From Octopus bimaculoides (taxonomy: Eukaryota), in contig NC_068999.1 in assembly GCF_001194135.2 (NCBI RefSeq), positions 3,463,030 to 3,527,029 of the forward strand: a stretch of DNA of 64,000 nucleotides. Reading direction: 5' to 3'. This document shows, in pieces, positions 52,733 to 64,000 of this stretch. The notes under the pieces were generated by a model. The model was not told the origin of the DNA and did not search any database. It saw only the letters and a list, made by a program, of their open reading frames with translations. A program made the position numbers and the translations under genes. Positions within the stretch are counted from its first letter, which is position 1; each line of letters starts with the position of its first letter.

Positions 52733-54130
52733 GTGTTAACAACGAAATGCATCAACAACCATTTTGAGAAGCGGTAAGTGAAAATCATTATCTTCCATTA
52801 ATTATTATTTTCTAATTAAAAATACTTCAATGTTTAAGACTGTTGTCAATAACAGAACAGAGTAAATGGTGGCCGGGGGGGGGGAGTTAAGTTGAGGTGA
52901 TGGTTTCATTTCCTGTATGAAGTGATTTCACATCACTCTTTCCAAGTATATTCCGGAGAAAAGAAATCCTATCACATATTACATGCCAGTAAAGTAGTGA
53001 GTTTGGTTGTGATTCTACGTGTTGTTACTTAATTAAGCAACAGTACAGATTAATTAGATGTATATCTAATTAATTATTAACCCCATGACAGTGGTTTTTT
53101 ATATCAACTTTACTAAGTTGCACTAACGGTAACTATCTCGACCAAGATCTGTATTTAGCGCACGACAACGGTTCGGCGTATATTTACGTCAACCACTTCA
53201 AAGCATGCACCGTTTATTTATGCAAACTCATCACTACGAGGACCATAAATTCAACGAAACTGGCATGGCTGGATGCGACTAAATTCCGTGCAGGGCCAGA
53301 AGTATTTGGTGGACGTGTACGAATTTGATAGGAAGTCATAGTGGAAATGGTGGTGTAACGGCCAAAGCTGCTGCTTTTATGCTATCATGGCGACGAAGTC
53401 TCTGAGTTGGAAATATTTCCATGAAGATCCTAACAAACCTGTCAGACTCCTTGAAATTTGCACGATGCCGTGAGTGATAGCGGATATTTATATCAACCAG
53501 TGCACGAACAGGTACAAAACCACAGCAGATAGAGCTGTGTGTATTTTGGTCATCTCATTCAAAGCGAGTACACAGCGTACGTAAATTGATGTCAACCGAT
53601 GGTTATGAGATTAATTGCTGGTAGGGACGCTGTATTTCGTTTGGCAACCATAATATACCACCAAGTGTATTAAAGGTTTACAAGTCAATATTGGGCCTTA
53701 CTGGGTGTTAGCAGTGCGATATTCTCATTTGAAAGTTTATTTGTTTATCTTTTACTTGTTTCAGTCATTAGACTGCAGCCATGCTGGAGCACAATCCTGG
53801 AGGAATTTAGTCGAATGAATCGACCACAGTACTTTTCTTCTTTTTAAGCCTGGTATTTATTCTAACGTTCTCTTTTGTCGAACCGCTAAATTACGGGGAC
53901 GTAAATACAACAATATCGGTTGTCAAGCAGTGGCAGGAGTAAGAAAAACACAGACGCAAACATAAATACACACACACATACACGCATACATACATAATAC
54001 ATACATACAGACATATATNNNNNNNNNNNNNNNNNNNNNNNNNNNNNNNNNNNNNNNNNNNNNNNNNNNNNNNNNNNNNNNNNNNNNNNNNNNNNNNNNN
54101 NNNNNNNNNNNNNNNNTGTATATATATATA

Positions 54131-54345
54131 AGGCGAGCTGGCAGAAATGCTAGCACGCCAGGCAAAGTTCTTAGCGGTATTTCGTCTGTCTTTACGTTCT
54201 CAGTTCAAATACCGCCGAGGTCAACTTTACCTTTCATCCCTTTGGGGTCGATAAATTAAGTACCAGTTGCATACTGGGATCGATCTAATCGACTGGCCCC
54301 CTCCCCCGTCTCCCCAAATTTGGGCCTTGTGCCTAGAGTAGAAAA
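54131..54345 (+). mobile_element. SINE family A, full length
   Basis: Family A consensus. Confidence 0.85.
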
Positions 54346-55689
54346 CACACATACACACACACACACACACAAATGCCGAGTTTCTTTCAGTTTCTGTCTA
54401 CCAAATCCACTGACAAGACTTTGGTCGGCTGAACTTTCAGCGTTAGTACTGAATTCTAAAGGAAATCTGTAGAGACAAAAAAAAAAAGAAAAAAGAAAAT
54501 GAGAGAGAATTTCTAATTAAGATAAATTAACAGCAGAGTTAGTTAAATAAATGATTAATTATTTAGATTAGGAAGATGGAATGTAAATTAAGTGTTGTTG
54601 ATGAGAAATATTCTCACTGGAGGACACGTGTGTGTGGGCATGTATGTAGATTTGTATGTGTGTATGCATATAAGTATATATGTATTTATATATACACATA
54701 TATGTGTGTGTATGTATGTGAGTGTATATTTTAATATATGATTGACAAGCTTGTTTTTAAGACTGCGAGAGTATAATAGGTTAAATCTGCAGCAGCAGTA
54801 ATAGTAGTAGTAGTAGTAGTAGTAGAAGAAGAAGAAGAAGAAGAAGAAGAAGAAGAACACAGTGTAGGCCACACTTGTATGTGTAACTGGACAAATTACC
54901 AGACAAGTGTAAACAGCTGCATATGTGAAGTAATTTGTTTCCTGGATTCTTAGCCAGGAATCGAAATTTTAGCCTAGATTTTTTCTTTAAATTCCTTTAT
55001 ATTGTTCTCGGCATCACCTTTAGAAATTTATGAGATTTAACTATCATATTTGGATAAAAATGAATGTTTAACCGGAAATCTTAGGTTCAACGCAAATAAT
55101 CTCTTCATTTTTCATTTTTCTCCGACCTGCGTCCAACTTCCCAACACGTATAAATACAGAACCCTAAATAGAATTCTTTCTCTTTTACCCAGTTCCTTAC
55201 CGGAAGAGCATGCTCCCTACGAATATTTTCGCTTTTAGACACCGCACTTCTTTCTTCAACAAACCAGGCTCGCGATGCACATAAAGTAAGTTACCAAACT
55301 CAGTGCGTCCAGCATGTCTTTTGCAATTTGTCATCCTTGCTTGCTGACATCAGTTACACACGATCACATCAGACACACTAGACCACTGCACTTCTTTTAA
55401 GGCACCTCCCATAGAATGTACGCTTGCGTCAGAAATTTCCCCGTTATGCCATGAATTGAGAACAGCACCCTCTCGCTTCGGCTCCTTTCAACGGAAGTTC
55501 CCAGCTGCTTCGGGCACTGAATCACACACAAGTTCACCTAACGTTGTCCCCCAAGCCGACGCTGCATGCTATTCGAACCCACAAGAAGAGTGGTTCTCAA
55601 CCGGGGTCCATATGACCTTTAGAGGTCCATATAAGATTTTGTTGTTAAAGTTTATGTACTCTTAATTGGTTATACTTGTATTGCGTTCG

Positions 55690-56270
55690 GGGATTACCGC
55701 AAAGGTGTAAAATTCCAGTTTCGCACAGAAGGAGGTCTATTAAAACATGAAAGGGCAAAGTTTCAGATCAAAGAAAAAGATCAAGGAAAAGATCCTGCGA
55801 GACCTTCTATTTGCTGATGATTGTGCTTTGATTTCTCACATGTTTGAGGGAATTCAGGAAACGGTCGACGAGTTTGCTGCGGCAGCTCGTAAATTTGGAC
55901 CGACTATCTGCATCAAGCAGACGGAAGTTTTATTCCAACCAAGACATACTCAAGACTCAAACGTGATGATAGACAACAAGCCACTCAAATAGTCACTTAA
56001 ATATCTTAGAAGCACAGTAAACTCTAAGAGAACTCTTGATGACGAAGTCAATGTTAGAATATCTATGGTTACAAGTGCTTTTGGAAAACTTTCCCATCGT
56101 TTATGGGAATGAACAGAATGTCAGCCTGAAAACTAAGTGTAAACAAATCTTGCATTTTGAGCACAGTTTTGCATGGGACAGAAGCATGGACTCCCTACTA
56201 CAGTCATACAAAGAAACTTGAAACCTTCCGCATGTGCTGTTTGTGCCGCATTTGCAACACAAAATGTTAT
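55690..56270 (+). mobile_element. Decayed RTE-clade LINE reverse transcriptase fragment
   Basis: GVKFQFRTEGGL.../RDLLFADDCALISH...QETVDEFAAAARKFGPTICIKQTEVLFQP...KYLRSTVNSKRTLDDEVNVRISMVTSAFGKLSHRLW; FADD motif and RTE/BovB-like context; stops and frameshifts present. Confidence 0.85.
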
Positions 56271-56294
56271 CTAATATCAAAATACAAAATACTG

Positions 56295-56542
56295 TTTTAC
56301 TCTTTTACTTGTTTCAGTCATTAGACTATGGCCATGCTGGAGCACCACCTTTAGTCGAGCACATCGACACCAGGGCTTATACTTTGTAAGCCTAGTACTT
56401 ATTTTATCGGTCTCTTTTGCCGAACCGCGAAGTTATGGGGACATAAGCACACCAACATCGATTGTCAAGCGATGGTGAGGGGACAAATACAGACACACAA
56501 ATACATACATACATACACACACACACATATATATATATATAA

Positions 56543-56601
<59 letters not shown>

Positions 56602-56772
56602 TATATATATGCATGATGGGCTTCTTTCAGTTTCCGTCTACTAAATCCACTTACAAGGCTTTGGTCGGCCCGAACCTAAAGTAGAAGACATTTGTTCAAG
56701 GTGCCACGCAGTGGGACTGAACCCGGAATCATGTGGTTGGAAAGCAAGATTCTTACCCCCACAGCTACTCTT
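56295..56772 (-). mobile_element. SINE family D (tRNA head + CORE-like ggcaccttgggcaagtgtcttc + internal (TA)/(TG) microsatellite + 3' domain), full length
   Basis: All modules are present in order. Partial copies lie at 1667-1905(+), 11051-11204(-), 13575-13710(+), 20820-20958(-), 44553-44612(-), 53745-53960(-), 54375-54430(-), 60425-60480(-) and 61600-61720(-). Confidence 0.85.
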
Positions 56773-57092
56773 AATAACATTTAATTATGAAAATATATTG
56801 GGATTTTTGAAAACGTCAAATGGCTATTAGGGTCCAGTAGAGAAAAATAGGAATCAAAGGGGTTCATAGGCGAAAAAAAAGGGTTAAGAACCATCAGTTT
56901 AGACAAATCAAAGTAGCAGTGAGTGAGATCACATTCCGACTAATTTTGGGGTGGGGTGAGGTGGGGGCAGATTGTACCTTGATTAAATTAACTCTAGGTA
57001 GATGTTTAGTGCTTTGATTTTAGCATCAATCCCTGGCGGAGGAAGACAAAACTAAACACTTCAGTTCCACTTGCCTGTAACTCTACAATCCC

Positions 57093-57139
<47 letters not shown>

Positions 57140-58399
57140 ACACACACACACACATACGCACACGCACACACACACACACGCCACAACCTTCAATAGATTT
57201 GTAATTAATAAAATTATTCTTGAAGAATCTTGAAGTAATTTTTTGACATGTCTGGGTTTCTAAAATAAAACTTCATCATTAACCATTTGTTTATAATTAA
57301 ACTGGTTTAGTTTACATATTAAATGTCTTAACTTAATTAGATGAGGTATTTATGGGGTCACGGAGCCTCGCAAGATTTTAGTTGAGGTATTTTTAAATTT
57401 CCTTTTCATTTCCTAACAATTTTTTGATATGTTTTAAGACTTCGGAGACGAAAGGGGAAAAAAAATTAATTTTCAATTTCTTTCAATTTCAATTTTAATT
57501 CATTTAATTCGACCACAAAATTTCAATTTACAATGGATAAACAGACAAGGCAGAAAATAAAGCGCCCATAGGCGACGGTCAGTGACAGAGGCTAAAATTG
57601 GTGTTATGGCGCCGCGAGACCCCGTCTTGGGGTTTAATAAACTGAAACAAGACAACATCTATTGATTAAAGTCAATTGCTATATTTCGTTCGATTATTTC
57701 CAATATTGCATCAACAACAGAAGTAAAATGATGTTAGTTGAAAAACAACAACAACAACAACAACAAAACGACACTGACGAGCCTCGTTTTCATTTAGTTT
57801 TTAATTGCTAATCAATCGGAAGCTATTAAGAATATTCTTTCACTTGGAATTAATTTCCAAGGTTTCTTTAATTCCATTCCACTATTTTTTTTTTTAAACG
57901 CTATTATTTCGAACAAAGAATTTTGAATAAAACCTGCCTTGAAGTAGTTCCGTTCCGTCTCTCAAGTCCTCAGCCCAGTAAACTCGATATATTAAATAGC
58001 AGTCACATATTGGGGGACTGGAATTCGATCGATTACACCAACATCTCACTACCTGCAATTTGTGGCTCTTTGCCAAAAGAAATCAATAACAAGCTATTTA
58101 GGAATATTATTTTGCTTTGAATTAATTTTGAAGATTTCTTTTAATTCCATTCTATTTATTGTGTTGTTTTAAATACTATTATTTTTTCAACAAAGAATTT
58201 TAATTAATGGTTACTTCTATTCTGTCTAATTAGAGAGGCAATATCATTAATTAGCGATTTATAATTATTAAACGATTCTCTCTTCATGGTTCTGTTTTTA
58301 TTGTTGCGATATATTTTATAGAAGTGATCACTTTTAGAAAAATAATTTCTTTCTTTTATAAACATTGTTTTTACCGTTTCCATTTCGGCAGAAAAACAC

Positions 58400-58710
58400 A
58401 ATTTATTCTGGTCAGAAGATTTACTCTGGACATAAAAACAATATTTGTTCTGTTCAGAAAACTAACAGTTTACTCTAAACAGCAGCTGAACGTAATTTAT
58501 TGTGGTCAGAACAACGAAGTTTACTGCAGGCAGAACAACATGTACACTGGTCAGTACAATATTTACTCTGGACCAGAAGACTAATACTTTTACTGTGGTC
58601 AGAGGAATTAGATGCAAAGCAGTCAGAGGAACGAAAAATATTGTGGACAGAGGAACGAGATACAGTCTGGTGAGAGGAGCAAGGAGCCTATTTGCTCTGG
58701 TCAGAGACAC
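58400..58710. repeat. Degenerate ~24-bp minisatellite, about 13 units
   Basis: Recurrent tttactctggtcagaa-like motif at about 24-bp spacing. Confidence 0.8.
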
Positions 58711-58821
58711 TCCAGCACATAAAGTAAGGCTGACTTTTGTGGAAGGAACTTGGATACTCAGACAGAAGTAAAGTTCTATGGAATCTCTATGAGTATATTT
58801 CTTCTGCCTATTTTATTCGTA

Positions 58822-58930
58822 ATATATGTAGTAAGATTGTGGTTTCTATTCCTGGACCAGGCGATGGGTTGTGTTCTTATGCAAAACACTTCATTTCACG
58901 TTGCTCCAGTCCGCTTAGCTGGTGAAATGA
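58822..58930 (+). mobile_element. CORE-SINE fragment (partial head + CORE)
   Basis: taagattgtggtttctattcctggaccaggcgatgggttgtgttcttatgcaaaacacttcatttcacgttgctccagtcc. Confidence 0.7.
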
Positions 58931-59944
58931 GTTTAGCCTGGAACGGGGATGGGCTCCGCCAGGCTTTCTCGCCCTCGATACGCTGCATGGCTGCAAGCGC
59001 CCCAACGACCTCCAAGGGGGTTAAGGAACTTGTCAAGTGTCTTAAAATATTCATAGAGAGTTTACTCTTCCGGCAAGGAACCGGGTGAAAGAGGAAGAAT
59101 TCTATATAATGTTCTGTATCTGTACATGTTGGAAAGCTAGATATTGGTCGAAGAACAATGGAAAGTGAATATGTTATCTTTGTTGATCTGATATTAACAT
59201 CAGATTTCCAGGAAAATCCTGAAACTGATCTAAATATGATACTTGATTCTCATAAATTTCTAAATGGTAATGAATGCCGAGAAGAATAGAAAAGAGCGTA
59301 CGAAACAATCGAGACTAAGAATGCAGGAAATGAACATCTTCATCACTCTTCTCCTTAAGTGAGTTTGTCAAAAACGAGCGATACTGGGAAAAATTACAGA
59401 AACGTGCCATTATGTGGGTCACCGTTGAAAACCACTGGTTGAAACTGAACAATATTGTTTCTTTCCTCAAGGACAAAGTCCTAGATTGAGAGAGAAAGAG
59501 AGCGAAAAAGAGAAAGAGAGAGGGATGTAAACAAAGCAGCACCGGTTGTCAAGCGGTGGGGGGGATCACAGAGAGAGAGATGAGGAAGGGAGAGAAGTAG
59601 ACAGACGAATAAAGGAGGGAAGAGTGGGGTTGTATCATTGACTGAATGAAACTATCTTGATACATATTGCTGGTAAATTAGCTCCTCATTAGTAAACGAC
59701 TAAATTAGTCAATCGGTAGTAAATGGCCAAAGTCATCCTTCGTTAGTAAAAGTTTATATAATCCTCTCGTTAATAAAAGACTTAATTAGTCCCGGAATGC
59801 TGAAAAATGAAACTAACCAAAGATGGCACTCGCGCTTGGCCCTAATTATGTAAGTGTTTTCATTCAGGGAGAATTCACAAAAAAAAAACAAAAAAAAAAC
59901 AAAAGACGAAGACAGGTGGTGTAAACAACAAACAGATGTATTAG

Positions 59945-60230
59945 TTTAACGCTCGGGAAGTAAAAAAGTCTTTAACGTTTCGAGCCTACGCTCTTCCACA
60001 GAAAGGAACACAGAGAATCAAGGAGAGAAAAAAGAAAGAATGTGTGGTGGCCCCAAAACGAAGAAAACACACAATAAGAAAAAAAACAACAACGCGAGTA
60101 CGTGGAGCGTGCAAAATATTAAAAGATAGCTTTACGTTTCGAGCAAAAGCTCTTCTTGAGAAACAGGAGACAGAGGAAAGTCCAAAAGAAAAGGAAGACA
60201 GAGGAGAAAATCGCCAACGATCCACATGTA
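59945..60230 (-). mobile_element. Penelope-like element pseudo-LTR relic with two hammerhead-like cores
   Basis: The minus strand has CTCAAGA-A-GAGC-TTTT-GCTC-GAAAC-GT (60160-60134) and CTGTGGA-A-GAGC-GTAG-GCTC-GAAAC-GT (60001-59975), 159 nt apart. Confidence 0.5.
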
Positions 60231-60237
60231 GTTACAT

Positions 60238-60303
<66 letters not shown>

Positions 60304-60374
60304 CGCAGGTGTGGCTGTGTTGTAAGATGGTTGCNNNNNNNNNNNNNNNNNNNNNNNNNNNNNNNNNNNNNNNN

Positions 60375-60425
<51 letters not shown>

Positions 60426-61050
60426 CAGGCTTCTTTCAGTTTCCATTTATCACGTCCACTCAAAAGGCATAGAGTATAGGCCAAGTTTCAAAACAAAAAG
60501 AATATTCGATACTGGTAGTTATGGAATTTGAATTTGCAAAGGTAATGTTGATTGGTTTAACCGAAATAACAACATTCTAGACAGTTGAAACAAGAATTCA
60601 TATTAATAATTATAATTCTATACAACTCTACACAACATGGTGTACTCCAGGGATGTGTTTTAGACCGTTGCTTATTTACATTTGATGTAAGATGTACGAA
60701 GACGATAGAGCAACATTATACCAATTCTATGGAGACATTCATCTTTGAATAATTGATTTATTTGTATAGTGGCTCATTTTTAGCAAAATATCTCCTTATA
60801 TGGACATAACTAAACTAGAAAGTGAATTGATAAGAAGAATTATCTTTAAAGAAGATGCATCGTCTTCGAATTCGATTTGAAGAATACGGATTCTCTTACA
60901 CTTTGCCGATAGAATATTCCCAAGTAGTTGGAGCCAACTTGCAAATTTCAAGAATAAAACTTCCTCCACACGTACGTACATTAAATATGTGTGTATAAAT
61001 GTATATATATATCTATGTATATAAACCAATGTGTGTGTGTGTGTGTGTAA

Positions 61051-61119
<69 letters not shown>

Positions 61120-62570
61120 TATATAATTGAGATTCAGTTGAATTAGTTACTTCAGTGAAGCACCAAGTCAGTTCGGTGTTCTCCGTACACCTCGCAGTGA
61201 AGTGAATAAGACCAAAATAAGCTACAAAACCAGAAAGGTGAAAGCTAATTCGAAGACTACAGATCCAATCCATCACTGGAACTGTAAAAATCTGTGAAAC
61301 TTTCCAGAAGTTTATCATTTAAGTATATATGAACATGTCTAGATATGCAACTGTATGCATGAGAATACATACATAAAACAAAACATACGAATCTGCACAC
61401 ATGCATACATACATACATACATACATACATACATACATACAAACATACATACAAACATACATACATACAAAAAATACTCTGTTGTTGATGTTGAAATTCC
61501 AATGAAGGAGCCGTGGATCTAGGTTAGAAACCGGTTCTTTCTCTATTAGCAATAAATTTTGAAATAAACTGAATAATGGCATATATACAAGCAGAGGACG
61601 TGCTTCCGTTCAGTTTCCATCTACTAAATCCCATCTACAAATTATTGCTCAACTCGTGGTTCTACAGGAAAACACTTGGCCATGATGCCACTTCGAAGAA
61701 TCTAACCACATGATTGCAAAAGAAACATGTCTGCGCAACAATGCTAACAACAATCTTTTTGTTGATGACCCTTCCATTGGTTTTTCGCCAATCTTAGAGG
61801 CCTCGAAGAATGAAAAACAAAACAAAATAAAACAAAAAGAAGTCAGAATATGAACAAAAAAAAAAGCTGGAAACGAGAGATGTCAACTGCTTTAAGGTTT
61901 TTCTGATTAAATAATAATTGCAGGCAGCCATTTAAGAGTGCTCCCAACACCGGATGGAGTATTTGTCACGTGGTTCTAAGGTCTTCAACTTTCCTCTGCC
62001 TCTCTCTCTCTCTCTCACTATCTAGCTATCCATTTATGTACACCCTCCACACGACACACACACACGCATACATATATATATATTCGCTTTCTCTCTTTCT
62101 CACTGTTCACTAATTTCATTTGTTGAGCGTCGAAATTACTGAAGTGAAGAACGAAACAGAGGAGTGGATGCGGTGGATGATGTTGGAGAGAGAAAGGAAG
62201 AGAGAAGGAGTGAGCGAGAGAGCGAGGGAGCGAGGGAGCGAGGGAGAGAGTGGAAGGGAAGGATAGAGAGAGAGAGAAGGAGAGGGAGAGGAAGAGAAAA
62301 GGAAAGGGAGGTACCCGGATGTACCCGGATGTAATTCTAGCTCAACAATTCCAAACAACTCGTCTCAGAGACTCCCACATTCCTCTGGAATTCATCTGCC
62401 TAAACCATTCTTTTGACTTCTTTTCACTTGAGCTGATTTGTAGAGACCTTTCTCTCTCTCTCTCTCTCTCGTCCTCACTCTCTCTTTGTATATGTATGTG
62501 TATATGTATTTCATACGTGTATATATATGTATACACGCATAAATATATATGTATAACACTCTACACACAC

Positions 62571-62613
<43 letters not shown>

Positions 62614-63479
62614 CGTGTGCGTGTGACTGCGTGACTACGTGCGAGTTTCTTATGTGTGTATGTAATTTTTGTGAGAGTTAAGAGTCTCGGCGTGTGTAAT
62701 GTATGTTTAATCTTTCTCTGTGCAGAATGTATTAGGAATGTATGGATCTAGTGTAAATGCCTTGTGGTATTAATCCTGTCCTCATTTCAAATCCCACCGC
62801 TCTTAGCCTTATCTTTCATCATTTCGAGGTCACTGAAACCGAGGTCAGGGACCTCTTAGTGGTAGTATTGTTAGGGTGGGTGGAGGACGAGATGCCGAGT
62901 GGGTGGCTCTTCCGACACTTTACCGTCTGTGATTCCAGAAGTGCCGGGCCCTTTCCTTTTCCTTGGACAACATCTGTGGTAGAAAGGGCCAGAGAACACA
63001 TTCCTTCGATACGGAAAAAAATGGGGAAGGCAATCTTCTGATAGCCCGTTTCACTATTCGCTGCTGTTCTTCACAAAAGATGCACCCAGTCCCGCCAATA
63101 TATTTCAATGCTTTTGATATGAGTTGTGACGCGCCAACAGACAGAAGAAAATTACCTGTCGAGCTTTATTAAAGAAGGGCAGCGGAGTTATCTTCACGAT
63201 GGACTTGATCGATGGCGGGATCCTGTACGAATCAATAGGTTTTTCAGTTTAACTCCACAAATCAACAATTCCCTTCTATCCGTTCGGCATTGTGTCCGTT
63301 CGGTTTCTCGTCCTTCGGCAAAAGTGCATTCGGCATCCCGTCCGTGCACCCCCTCGACAGTGCTGTCAGGCTGAGGATTTCTGGAAATTCAGCCATAGTA
63401 ACCAGCCCAGAAGTCGTTCAAAACAGGCAAACCAGCTGATTCTGGTAAGTGTTTAGGCCCAAAGCGAGCAATTTTGAGG

Positions 63480-63570
63480 GAGGAGTTGGTTGCTTGCCTT
63501 AGTTCCATTACTTTATTGACCCCAGAGCGATGAAAAGCAATGTTGACTTTGACGGGATTTGCACTCATTT
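63480..63570 (-). mobile_element. SINE family A, decayed fragment
   Basis: attgaccccagagcgatgaaaagcaatgttgactttgacgggatttgcactca matches the reverse-complement core. Confidence 0.55.
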
Positions 63571-64000
63571 ACACACACGCGCGCGCGCATACGCACATAT
63601 GGGTCATGGATGTGGGGGGTTATGATGGTGATGCTAGTGGAGGGGGTTGTCACAGAAATAATATTAATAAAACAATTTGTATTTACTCGCAAACAACTCC
63701 TCCCCTTATGTGTATACAGAACCTTATACACGCACACACACACACGCACACATATAGGATCTTCCCCATATACACACATATAACGAACCTTTTCCTACAT
63801 AGACACAGATACAGACCTCCCCCCCCCCACAGAACTTCTCCCTTATGAAAACCCACGCATAACTCGCCTTGTCTTATACACACACACACACATATATGTG
63901 TATGTATGTATGTATATGTGCGTGTGTTAGTGTATATACACATATGTACACACGCACACATTTATATGCTTCGATGTATATGTTTGGTCGTCTGCGTATT

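Noticed and set aside
58400-58710. Possible CRISPR-like repeat array
   Set aside because: Eukaryotic context, degenerate tandem units without unique spacers, no cas genes.

Overview
AT-rich, microsatellite-laden eukaryotic (metazoan) genomic DNA with about 20 assembly N-gaps. The SINE and DNA-transposon families look like those of coleoid cephalopods, most likely an Octopus assembly; this is inferred from repeat content, not from a search. Almost all ORFs in the supplied track are microsatellite or N-gap artefacts. The only host-gene exon I can support is a minus-strand first coding exon at 32101-32287: a signal peptide plus a glypican-like N-terminus, ending at a phase-1 GT donor. I could not find exon 2 in 1-32100, so that stretch is probably intron 1, and 33.4-64 kb appears intergenic. 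Recognisable mobile DNA: several tRNA-derived SINE families (CORE-type and a probable Meta-type), a (GAT)n-tailed retroposon, a 5'-truncated R4/Dong-like LINE in a (TAA)n tract, RTE fragments, DD37D (maT) and mariner transposase relics, two TA-flanked MITEs and a Penelope-like relic with two degenerate hammerhead-like cores. The most notable unexplained structures are two pre-miRNA-sized hairpins about 290 bp apart (37589-37671, 37877-37967), an overlapping uORF over the glypican start, inverted SINE pairs that could form dsRNA, and two CpG-rich candidate exon/promoter islands (24.3-24.9 kb, 62.2-63.4 kb). I see no prokaryotic-type system such as CRISPR or an operon, and no clearly new autonomous system.
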